A DNA stretch of 64,000 nt from Gnetum montanum. Its lineage: Eukaryota > Plantae > Gnetophyta. Of this stretch, positions 52,996 to 64,000 are shown in pieces. The position numbers and the translations under genes were made by a program. Numbering within the stretch: the first letter of the stretch is position 1; each line of letters starts with the position of its first letter. The stretch lies in the NCBI GenBank assembly GCA_015680685.1, contig MNCI01000406.1:582045-646044 (forward strand), read 5' to 3'. The notes under the pieces are model-generated. The model saw nothing but the letters and a program-made list of their open reading frames with translations. It was not told where the DNA came from and ran no database searches.

Positions 52996-55594
52996 GCTAT
53001 GTCATTGATGCAGCATTGTGTACTAGGCATAGTACGGCTTTATATATGAATGGTTGATCATATTAGCAAACTCATTTCCATCTAGGTCAGCAAGCTTGAA
53101 TGCTCTTTTGTCATAGGCCTTGGTGACCAAGAAATGCCCTTTCTAGTTGGCTAAGAATTTATCTACAAGTTCATAAATGGACTTGAGGATTAAGTCCCCT
53201 CTCCTAATTAGGCATTGATGCTAATTATAACAGTGCTTTTTTTGTTGTTTTTCTTGGTACCATTTAATGTGATCAAGTGTTTGCAAATGCTCCTCCTCTA
53301 TAGAGTCGAGGTCAATGATTCTCAACTCATTATTCTAGGCCTCATTAATGAAGCTCAAGAGGATTACATGAAGTGATGGGACATGTATTTCAAGAGGAAA
53401 TATTTCTTTAGATCCATATATAAGGTTATATGGCATCTTACCTATTACTATTCTGCGCATTGTGCAGTAGGCCCATAGTGCATAGACTAGCTACTCATGC
53501 CATTGCAATTTGCTTCTATTGAGCATCTTCTTCAAACGGTTGATGATGACTTTGTTTGTGGCCTCCACTTGGCCATTCACCTATGGGTAGTATGGTGATG
53601 AAAAGGAATGCTTAATGCCAAGGTGTTTGCAAAAGGATTTAGTTTCTACACTGCTAAATTGTGGCCCATTATCTGTGACTATAGTCATGGGTAGACCAAA
53701 TTGGGTCACTATGTTGTCAAGGATGAATTTGCAAACCTGTTACGATGTTTTCATCCTAAGGAAAATAGCTTCAACCCACTTGGTAAAGCATTTGTTTGTA
53801 GTGATGATGAAGCTATGTTTTGCGAAGGACTTAGGCATGATAGGTCCTATGATATCCAACCCCTAGTGTTTGAATCGCCACATTAGCTATAAGGTGTGCA
53901 GTTTAGTGGGTGGCATGTGCATTAAGTTGTCATGTCATTGACACACATCACATGTCTTGACCTTGGAAATGCAATCGCACTCCATGTAAGACCAATAATG
54001 GCCTAACCATATAGTTTTCAATGCCATTACCCTAGGTGCTATGTGACCTTTGCACAATCCCACGTGGACTTGATTAATGATCGTTTACACTTCGTTGTCG
54101 CTAATACAAGTTAGCAGTATGTTGTCATAGGATCTGAGACATAGTGTGTTTATCACCTACAAGGATGCACTACTACGACCATTTTCACACTGCGTCCTTT
54201 TGGGTAGTGGTTAGATGTTGCAAAGGTTCATCCTATTAAAGGTATGCCTTAATGTCATCATACCATTCTTGTGCATGAGTTGAGCTTGTTGTGGCTACAG
54301 ATGCAATGTCAATTTTTTGTGTGATAGGCTCAGTGCAATACATTACTGAGGTGACCAAGGCATGAAACATGTTAGGTGCAATGCTTAAGGCTAACGTAGC
54401 TAATGTGTTAACAATGATGTTCTCATTACAAGGAATGTGTTGGATATCTGTGGTTGCAAATTGTATAAGAAAATGCTTTGTCAAGTCATAGTAAGGTTGT
54501 AAATGTTGTGCTTTGCAAGCATAAACCTCTATAACTTGGTTAACGACTAACTATGAATTGCCTCGAATCACTAGGTTTGAATTCCTAGGTTATGGGCTGC
54601 TAAGATGCCTCTAAAGAGACCTTCGTACTCCGCTATGTTATTAGTGCAAGAGAATGCACAATGGTAAGCAAAGGGTCAAATCTCCCTACAGGGAAATGTA
54701 ACTATGGCAGCGGCACTACCTCCTTGAGAGGTCGAAGTGTCATCAAAGTGTAACACTACCTCAAAGTTGGTAGGCACTTTGCCTATATTACTAACATGCT
54801 CATCTGAAAATTCTAGATCTATCATTGCTTAATTATTTATTGGTGAAGCTGTGAGTTGTGCAGTTATTGCTTGACCTTTAATTGATGCTTGTGCTATATA
54901 ATGTAGGTCAAACTCCACGATTGTTACTTTCCACTGTGTAATCTAACTACTTTAGAAATATTTTTGGTGATTTCCCAGAGTACATTGCTTTTGAAGAAGA
55001 TGTTTACCTAGCTATAGAAAGGATAGTGCCTCCACTTCTTAAGTGCAAAGACTAAGGCGAGGTAGTTCTTATCCACATCATTGTACTTTGCTTCACGGGC
55101 CACTAATGCATGGCTTATGTAGTATACAGAGACCTCTGAGCCATCATCTCACTTTTAGCAAAACAAAGAAGTGATGGACGCATTGAAGGTTGTAAAGTAG
55201 ATGTAGAATGGTTTATCTCCTTGTAAAGGGTATACTATAGGAAGTTGAGTGAACTCTTGTTTAAGGTTATCAAATGCCACTTGGCATTGAGGTATCCACT
55301 CAAAGTGAATCCCCTTTTTGAGTAGATGTTGCATTGACTACAACTTGTTAATCAACTACGTGATAAACCTATGAATGAATTGCAATTTTCCTTGTAACCC
55401 ATGTAGCTCCTTAAGGTTAACCAGTGGTGCTAAGTTGATGATGGCCTTAATCTTATTGGGGTCTACGCATATGCCTACTTCTAAAACTATGAAACCTAGC
55501 ATGTGACCCATTTTGACACTGAAGACACACTTCTTAGGATTCAATCTAAGGTCATGTCTTAGGCAACATTTGAGTACATGGTCTAAGTCATCTG

Positions 55595-56888
55595 TGCAAT
55601 GATGGAAAACGTCGGTCACTGGAAATACCGAGCGGAAGTCCGTGTACACAGTTCCAACCCCAAATCCATGCAAGGGCCGTGCTGGAGAAGATGAATCTGA
55701 GGTGCCCTGAATGGTCTTGTCGATCAGATAGGGACTTACTTAATCAGTAAAATTTTTGTAATAATTGGATGGCAAAATAGTGATTTTTATGAGGAGATAT
55801 AATATCATTAATCTTGAAGGTAATTGAATATGATGTAAATGATTTAAAGCGATTGCAAAGCCCATATAGATAGGACATAGGAGATCAGATTTAGAGAGCA
55901 TGCAATCCCAAGATCTGGAATTTAACTTATGAACAAAATATGTTCGATACAATGATTACAGGCAGACTTCAGTTTAGACGAAGCACATGCCAATAGCAAG
56001 AAAGCTATTTAAAGATAAAACAAGAAAAGGTCGATCTACCTTATTCTAGCCAATCTGGGCGCAAGGAAGTCAGACCCAAAGTAGAATATCTGTTAATTGG
56101 CTATTTCCAATCAAGGATTCTTGCCAATCACCTCCAATGTTCTTACGATCGCTGATCTTCTTTTGCTCTCTTGTCAAACTTTGCCAAAGGTTGTCAACGA
56201 TTGCCAATGGAAGAAAATCACTCACAGAGCAAATTTGTCAATCCCGGAAAAATTTTTTCCCAACCTTTTGATCTTTATCAACTGGAATATTTATAAGGTT
56301 AAGGTCAGGAAAAAAACGCGGTTTAGATGACACGTGTCCTGAACCTACGAGATGCCATTGACTTAGTGTGTTTGTGCTTAAAGCTTGCGGTGCCACGCTA
56401 CATTACGCTTTGAAGCGTAATGCATCATAAACCACTTTTGCTAGAGTTCTGGCAACAAACTATTCTTTGTTTACGCTGCAATACACTAGAGAGCGTATTG
56501 CGATGTATAAACTGTTGGTGCCTAAATCGTGCTTTCTCTATCGTTGCTTGTATTACATTGCATCATGCTAGATTACGCTACATAGCATAATTCAATGTAA
56601 AATAGCAAACCTGCCAAAAATTAAAGTGTTGTCGCCACGCTTCCTTTGTTTTTGATCAAAAGTTAGGATTTTCTGAAACATAGAAAACTTGCAAGTTTGA
56701 AGGCTTGTCATCGTGCATCCCTTGTCTTGTTTTGTTCTCTGGAGTCTATTACGTTGTGCTGCGTATGATGGCAGAATAGACCCTTAGCCGAAAAAGGAAC
56801 TTGCTAAGCCACGACTTATCGTAAATCCTTACCTAAGTTGCAAGATTTTGCTGAATCGTTGAGGCCTCGAAATTTTCATGATGTTTCA
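55595..56888 (-). repeat. 3' LTR of element G (~1.3 kb)
   Basis: TG..CA bounded, between F's broken RT and a PPT/hairpin equivalent to F's. Confidence 0.78.
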
Positions 56889-58079
56889 ATGGCCCCTCTT
56901 TGTTGATGTTTAGAGGGCTTGCCAGGAAGACGTCAACAAAGAATACGAAACACCGGAGAGGTAGAAGGAACCAACAACATTCGTCGGCAATTGCTCACAT
57001 GTCGCTATGTCAAACTTGGAAGTGCAAAGGCAGGGGGAAGGAGCATAGGAGGGATTTTTAATGAAGTAAGAGAAGGGAGGTTCGGGGAAGACTCAAGCAT
57101 GTGAACATAAAAATTTCGTGAACAAGTCATTAGGCGTCCTTTCGCAAGTGTATTTGCATATGAAGGACTTGCATGGATGAGTTGTGTTACGCTCGTATTG
57201 CTTGGATGAGTTGTTTTACATCCATTTTGCCACGCTCTTTTTTTTTTTGAATTACATTCCACGAGGCGAGTTGCGTTACGCTAGTTCATGGACATGATGA
57301 TGTGAAAGAATTGATTACATGTTCACACTCTATACAAACAAAGAAGAGGGTAAAGACGATCGTAAGGATAATGGAAGAAGAAAGCGAAGTAAGGTATCTG
57401 ATGGAGGAAGAGGTAGGGTTTGCACTCCCAAGTAGCTAGGCTAGTCCGAGCAGCCACTTTAGAACACCATGACACCTCACCTTCCAATGAATGCATTCTC
57501 GATCAACGCTATCATAACAAGTAACCTGCAAAACATAACAGAGAAAAAAGAGCAAAAGCAATCGTCCTAATCGCTAGGGAGGCTATTGAAACAAATGTCG
57601 CCTGAAGCAAAAAGAAGAGTATAGGCCACGAAAAAGGGACCGTAGCAAGGAGCAAGGGTTCCAATGTTGATGTCGTAGTTCATGAAGCTGCCATTGACAA
57701 CCAGATTCATCTTGCTCAATCGATTGGACAAAGAACCAGTCAAGTGAATTTGCTAAGCCAGAATCTGGTGGTGGTGATGGATGGAGGCCACCGAGACTAT
57801 GGATGAGCATAGTTTCTTCAAGGCCCCATGCAGCAAAGTTGATCCCAAGAGCTGGAACTACAGAGCGGTTGTCATAGTAACATCTCCAAGGGGTCAGTAG
57901 TATGCCTTTCAGCATGTCCGAGGAATTAGTAGGATGCCGATGAAATAGTGGTATTGCATTTGTTCCAACGTCTTACCTGTCCCATCTAGTAGGGATGCAA
58001 TGCAAGAGTGATCACACTCGCTTGCTTCATGGATTGTCTATTGACGGATTCCAATTTTGAGTCCTGGTTGACCATTGTT

Positions 58080-58445
58080 TATGGTTTTAAGTCTCAGCAA
58101 ACTATGGTCCCATTTTAACATCTAGGCACACTGAAACTTGCTAGTTTTACATCATAGCGGATGGTGGAAGAGCTAGTTTATGGTCCCAGCAGACTGTGCT
58201 ATGGGTGTCAGTTTTATGTCATGACCTAGGGACAAGTCTGTGCTAGTTTAGCATCTCATCAGACGTATGCTTACCTTGCTAGTTTCACGTCATGGCAGAC
58301 GGTTGAAAACTTTGCCAATTTAGCGTCTTGGCGGACGCATGCAAGAAATGCCAATTTTGCATCGTAGCGGATGTGTACAAATTTTCCAGTTTTACGTCAT
58401 AGCGGACGTTTACAACTTTGCCAGTTTTACGTCGTAGTGAACATT
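58080..58445. repeat. Tandem array (~35-55-bp units) downstream of G integrase
   Basis: ccagttttacgtcatagcggacg-type units, related to the F array. Confidence 0.88.
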
Positions 58446-58484
58446 TGTTACCTTGTCCTTAAGTTGAGTTGATGCTTAGATGTG

Positions 58485-59720
58485 GTACTGCTTCATATAT
58501 ATGTGATTCACTGGGTTCGGTAGCTCGTTGCCGTCGATATCAGCTAACTTGAATGCTTCGTTGCCATATGCGCTGACGACCAGAAAAGGGCCTTCCCAGT
58601 TTGCAGAGAATTTTCCTACTAGTTCATGAATGGCCTTGAGAACTAAGTCTCGTTTCTTGATTGGTCATTGATGCGAATTGTGTTGGTGCTTCTGTCTCTA
58701 TCTATCCTGATATCTTTCAATGGTATCAAGTGTCTGGATGTGTCTCTCCTCTACTGAGTCTAAATCTTCGGTCCTGGACTCATTGTGCTGAGTCTCACTT
58801 ATAACCATGGAGAGGACCATCGGCAATGAGGGAACCTGTAATTCCAAGGGCAACACTGCTTCGGCTCCATAGACTAGGCTATAGGGCATCCTGTCTGTAG
58901 CTGTCCTGCATGTCGTACGATACGCACATAGCACGTAGAGGATTTTCTCATGCCATCGTTTTTTGTTGCTACTAAGCATCTTTTTCAACAAATTGATGAC
59001 CACTTTGTTCGTTGCTTCTACTTGACCATTCGCTTGTGGGTAATAGGGTGAGGAGAAAGATTGCCTAATGCCAAGGTTACTACAGAAAGATTTGGTTTCG
59101 ACACTATTGAATTGTGGCCCATTGTCGGTCACAATAGTCATAGGAAGCCCAAACCTGGTTATTATGTTATCTAAGATGAAATGGCAAACCTGTTGGGATG
59201 TAATCTTCTGTAAGGGAATAGCCTCAACCCACTTTGTGAAATACTCAGTGGTGGTGATAATGAAGCTATGACCTACGGAGGATTTAGGCATGATGGGACC
59301 TATGATATCTAGTTCCCATCGTTGGAATGGCCAAGTAATCTGTGTAGTGTGTAACTTGGTTGGTAACACGTGTATTAAATTTTTGTAATGTTGGCACGTA
59401 TCACATGTCTTGACCTTGGTAAGACAGTCTCTTTCCATGTACGGCCAATAGCACCCTAGGCATCTGATTTTAGCGGCCATGACTCGCGGGGCTACGTGTC
59501 CTCCACACAACCCCTCGTGGACTTCGCTAACTATTCATTGTGCTTGATCATTATTAATGCAAGTTAGCAATACCCCATCGAAAGAGCATCTACAGAGAGT
59601 ACTGTCTCTGATGATGACCTATTGCCTAGCACGGTTGTGCACTACGTCTTTTTGTGCATATGTTAGCTCGTGCGGTGGATCGCCATGCAGAAGGTAAGTC
59701 TTAATATTGTCATACCATTC
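58485..59720 (-). pseudogene. Integrase of element G (HHCC + DDE)
   Basis: ORF 58698-59510: H..CGGH..CDTCQ..WELDIIGP..TDNGPQF..PYYPQANGQVE; GPF motif at ~58590. Confidence 0.96.
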
Positions 59721-59959
59721 TGGCATTCCTCCCATGTTCAATGAAGAGATTTGCGTTGCTTAAATGATAGGGTCTGTACATTCCATCATTAAAGCAGGCC
59801 AAGTGGCAAACAAATGTGGTGGCACGTTTAATGCCAGTGTAGCTAGTGCATCAGCTACAACATTTTCGTTACGTGACACGTGTTAGGCATGAGTTGTCAT
59901 GAATTATTTCAGGAGATCTTTAGCCATATCGCAATAGGGCTGCAAATGCATAGCTTTGC

Positions 59960-60583
59960 AGGCGTAGAAAGTCCCCCATGGTGTCATAGTGTAATAGAAA
60001 GTCCCCCAGGATGTCATGAATGTTGTGGTCAATTGATGCTCCGGGTTAATATGAATTTGATTATAACCTGAAAAACCATCCATAAAGGATAGAAGCGTGT
60101 GACCAACTATTGTATCAATCAATTGGTTAATACTCGGCAACGGGAAATTGTCTTTAATCGTGGCCTTGTTCAGATCCTGGAAGTCTATGTAGATGCGTAT
60201 TCCTCCCGTTTTCTTAGAGACAACTACGATGTTCGACACCCAGTCTGAGTAATCGACCACGCAAATAAAACCAACCTGATATAGCTTAGTGATTTTGTTA
60301 CGCACTGTTAGCGTGATTTCTAGCTTAATCTTTCATGCCTTCTGTCTAATTACTTTGATACATGGGTCTAAAACTATGTTATGTTGTATTAATCTCGGGT
60401 CTAATCCCGGCATGTCTTCATACGACCATGCAAATACAGTAGCGTTATTTTGGAGCACTTGCATTATGCCACTCTGCATCTGTTGGTCCAAGAGGGAACT
60501 AACCTTAAGATTTTTACTTTCTTCTTTATGCATAACCATAGGGACTTCGTTGAGAGGGTCCTCGATCACATCACCAACTTCCA
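59960..60583 (-). pseudogene. Reverse transcriptase N-half of element G
   Basis: FAWSYEDMPGLD, WVSNIVVV.KK, DFQDLNKA, FPLP, SFMDGFSGYNQI; the YxDD motif is missing. Confidence 0.95.
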
Positions 60584-60905
60584 NNNNNNNNNNNNNNNNN
60601 NNNNNNNNNNNNNNNNNNNNNNNNNNNNNNNNNNNNNNNNNNNNNNNNNNNNNNNNNNNNNNNNNNNNNNNNNNNNNNNNNNNNNNNNNNNNNNNNNNNN
60701 NNNNNNNNNNNNNNNNNNNNNNNNNNNNNNNNNNNNNNNNNNNNNNNNNNNNNNNNNNNNNNNNNNNNNNNNNNNNNNNNNNNNNNNNNNNNNNNNNNNN
60801 NNNNNNNNNNNNNNNNNNNNNNNNNNNNNNNNNNNNNNNNNNNNNNNNNNNNNNNNNNNNNNNNNNNNNNNNNNNNNNNNNNNNNNNNNNNNNNNNNNNN
60901 NNNNN
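60584..60905. other. Assembly gap (N run)
   Basis: 322 Ns. Confidence 1.
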
Positions 60906-61206
60906 CGGATTACGAGGTGATAAGCTATGCATTAGTTTAGGGTCATTTCGGACCGCAATTCATACGATATCTACGAAATTAATGCCCCGATCTTCGTGTT
61001 TCATGTCATTCTGACACTGGCATTTCGGGAAAGTTCCGAATCGATCGGGCATAAAATCACTTAGTTTCAAGCATTTCATTTATAAAACAGTGGTTCTTGC
61101 TCGGAACAAGCCATAGATATTGCAAATTTGAATCTAGCTACAGTGGAAAGGGAGTGGAAGCAAGGCGTAAACAAACGATTTTGCAAAGATTTTTTTAATT
61201 GCAACT

Positions 61207-64000
61207 ATGGCACCAAAGATCAGAGGAAAGAATGCCAAATTGGCGAAGATTGATGAAGTGCAGGAGAGCTTGCAACGGGCTTCGCAGGCCAAAGTCGAGA
61301 CTTAGGAGGTTACTCCACTTAATCGGTAAGTCACCTTTCATCCTCTTGCACGATTGTTATCTTTGTTGCAATGTCGTGGTCGTATGTATGTTGCGTCAGG
61401 TGTTAATATCTATTTATGCAGACTAAGCTATTATAGTTTGTTATATTACCCTTGTCCTCACTGTTAGAGATGGACTTTGTGTTGTCACAAGGGTTTGGGT
61501 AATGTTGAGTAATACTGTGTAGATGTAATGTATAACCAAAAAAGTCTAGGTATTGTACCTATGCATAGCGTAATCAGGGTTCTATTTTTTTTCTCGCCTG
61601 TAATAGTTGCATATTACAATGGAGTAATACGCAGTGTTGCTTTCATTGCCATTGTCAGGGACAAACCTTGAGCTGTTGCAAGGGTTTGGGCAATTTTGGC
61701 CATGCGTTTCCAGTATAATCTGTAATTTTCCTAGAATCAAGAGAACCCTAATATCACGTGATGAACCTTTATGTCTAAATGGTTTGTCTAATGGTAATGC
61801 ATTTTTTTTATTGTACAGTATTATGCTAAAGCTCGTCCTAATTGTTTTGGACATCGTGGACATTCTATGCTACCTACATAGTCCCGTGGCCCGTGTCCCT
61901 CCTCCTCATGCTCGTATAAAGGAGGAGGCGGTATGGTTCTGAAGGGATGCATGGGAGTTCTTACAGTTTTTGCTTCATAATTTTTGTGTAATCGTCTAGT
62001 CGCATCTACCAAGCGATGTAGCTACTGTTATTCTAGAGATGCTACTGGTTGGATCAACGCAAAACATCTTGACATTCTTGACAGACAGCGTCTTTGAAAC
62101 TGTGCGAGTTCAAGAACGCGAACAGAGCGCCAAAGGTTTGAGGCGTTTGAACTGGATCTGGGAGATGCCCATGTTTAACTATTATCACACCTACAACACT
62201 CTGTTCGTGGTCCGTCATCTCACAACCTACTTCCAGAATCCACTTGGCATCGTGTATTATGCAGGCGGGTAAGTTTTTTGTTTCTTTTCACGGTCTTGTA
62301 ATATGCTAACTACTATTTAAATTTGTGTTGAGCGTAAAGAGTTTGCCTATCTTCTGTGATGTAGATTCTTCATCAATGATAGTGGTCTCCTAGGTGATAA
62401 CGATATATTGTCTTTGATCGAAAGGGCCATAAGGGAATTTACTTCCATCAGCAATGTACGAGTCGGTGTCATGGGACAACTGGCATTCAAAATCCCAGAA
62501 TATCCTACCCGCTATGTTGAATTCTTTACCAGGTGTAAAAGACTTGGATGGCTAGATAGGGAGTGGACTTTGGACCCTCCCCTCACCTTCGCAGACATGC
62601 AAGAGAAAATCTCTCCGTTTCCTTTGCCATTCAGGCCCGGTAAATTTTATTATGATGATTAATTGTACAATGTTATTAGCTGGAAATGATGTATAAAGTT
62701 GTCTTATTTTTGTTATATTGCCTTAACTATTTTTTTATGTTGACAGTCAGGGAGTCACAGGAAATTACGATTATGGCCTCCAATTGCGAGATAAACAGTC
62801 TTTTCTTCCATTATGGTGATATAAAGGACACACAACGCTGGCTTGGCCATAGAGCGGCCCCAGTTGTGTTAACCAATAACCTTCAGGAGGCTGGACTGAT
62901 GGACCTATTTTTGGCCATAACCCCCGATGTCACTGCGGGTGAAATGTTGACCCTAGTCAACTCCTTTAGCGAAGAAGCTGAGCATCTTTACATATGTGTG
63001 CGTAATGTGCGTGTGAATTTTAACATCGACACTCAACTATTCGCTGATCTCTTTAGTGTCCCCTCCGATGGCCTTCCTATAGAGGAAAAGTCGAAGAGGA
63101 GTTCCAAGCACCAGCCTGAGATAGAGGAGTGGCTAGGGATTAAGAAAGAGGTTAAGGGAATCCCTGCTGACAAGATTCATCTAGAGGTGGCCAATACTAT
63201 TTACCCCCTTTTTTGAGCCCAAGCCTTCCCCAAGACACTCTCCTAAAGGAGATTCCTCATCATAGAATAGGCTCGAATTATGTGAGAGGTCATGGAGGAG
63301 GAGACTCGGTTCAATTGGGCCTACTATTTTGCTGAAGGCTTGCGCATTGAAATGGTTAGGCTTCGCAAGAAGCTTGAGTCCCATTTCAATGTGCATTTTG
63401 CCTTCTTCATATCTTGCTTTTGGCATTTTTCCGAATTTCTAGTAGTCCAAAGGAATGGGGTCTAGGTGCAATAAGACCATAGCCAGATTTCCAAACCATG
63501 GATTTTCCATGTTTTCGACACTACTCAATTGCAAGACCCTCCTGAAGGAATTGGGGAGTCGTTGTCAATAACGACTAAAAATATGGTGGTGCCTCGAACG
63601 TAGGGTCAAGATAGCATGGGTGGGATGCTCCCCTCTTACACCGGCAATGTGTCGACGGGGAAGTGCCTGGCAACTAAAATAGTGGATTTGTTGGTGCAAT
63701 GGAAGAAGCCTTGTTTGACCGAGGAGCCTGTCGAGCCAGCAGGTGGTGTGAGGAAGAAGATGCAAGTCAAATTTCAGAGGAGTAATCCTCTAGCTAGTAA
63801 GTAGAGAAATGTGTTAATGTTTATGGTTATGTTGCATACAAATACTATTGCGTTGCATAATGTTTATTGAGCAAGAGTGAAATCCTATGTTAACTGATGT
63901 TGTTGTGTGACAGTGAAGGAGAAGGTTGTGGAGCAGTTGACCCCTAAAACGGGGGCTATAGTTTTGCGGCACGGAGAAGGGACCCTGGTCTTGGAAGAAG
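61207..64000 (+). pseudogene. Multi-exon gene of unknown function, probably transposon-borne, with in-frame stops; runs off the window
   Basis: Exons 61207-61325, 61659-61721, 61819-61930, 62039-62268, 62365-62639, 62747-63796, 63914->64000 with GT-AG borders and matching phases (the 62039 acceptor is a weak GAG). Stops are TGA/TAG/TAA in an otherwise continuous frame. Confidence 0.65.

Larger units (their letters stand above)
49467..55594 (-). mobile_element. Tat/Ogre-type Ty3/gypsy element F, 3' part (RT end, RH, second RNase H, INT, 3' region, 3' LTR)
   Basis: LRLNPKKCVF (55356-55590); RH ~55200-54950; second (archaeal-type) RNase H FDD..TNNIAEYE..IRGNS (~54760-54380); integrase 54240-53030. 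Interrupted in RT by G. Confidence 0.92.
55595..60583 (-). mobile_element. Tat/Ogre-type element G, younger, nested in F's RT; internal pol deletion; runs into the gap
   Basis: 3' LTR 55595-56888; PPT aaagaggggcca plus hairpin at 56891-56941; near-intact integrase; RT N-half. CpG-richer than F. Confidence 0.92.

Noticed and set aside
52612-58445. Repeat-spacer-like arrays resembling CRISPR
   Set aside because: Units are degenerate along their whole length, there are no cas genes, and the context is eukaryotic; these are typical Tat/Ogre 3' tandem arrays.
60289-61014. Long ORFs spanning 60.3-61.0 kb in the ORF track
   Set aside because: Artefacts of translating through the N gap.

Overview
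Repeat-saturated, CpG-depleted land-plant nuclear DNA with no intact host gene; the species cannot be determined from the sequence. It is a stack of nested and decayed retroelements. Five members of one Athila-like Ty3/gypsy family are present: A 1-1750 (+), B 1751-11233 (-), C ~34335-39474 (-), D 39477-47252 (+), E 47253-49466 (-). Where the ends survive, they share TGATGA..CTCATCA LTR termini, a tRNA-Asp-type PBS and a common PPT. Two Tat/Ogre-type elements with a second RNase H follow: F 49467-55594 and G 55595-60583. There are also three or four L1 LINE remnants, older gag relics, an intronless condensin I CAP-D2 (Cnd1-domain) pseudogene at ~33.1-34.3 kb, and a 7-exon pseudogenising TE-type gene after the N gap (61207 to the window end). 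The most interesting signals are: (i) covarying RNA stem-loops in the Athila-like LTRs carrying a sarcin-ricin/loop-E-like AGUA/GAA motif; (ii) a covarying multibranch RNA structure in the 3' non-coding region of all five Athila-like copies; (iii) a conserved mini-intron cassette in front of an accessory ORF that is carried by a pol-less member but missing from a pol-coding member; (iv) an in-frame junction between that accessory ORF and the CAP-D2 retrocopy. All alignments and folds were done by eye, so boundaries not defined by LTR termini are approximate.
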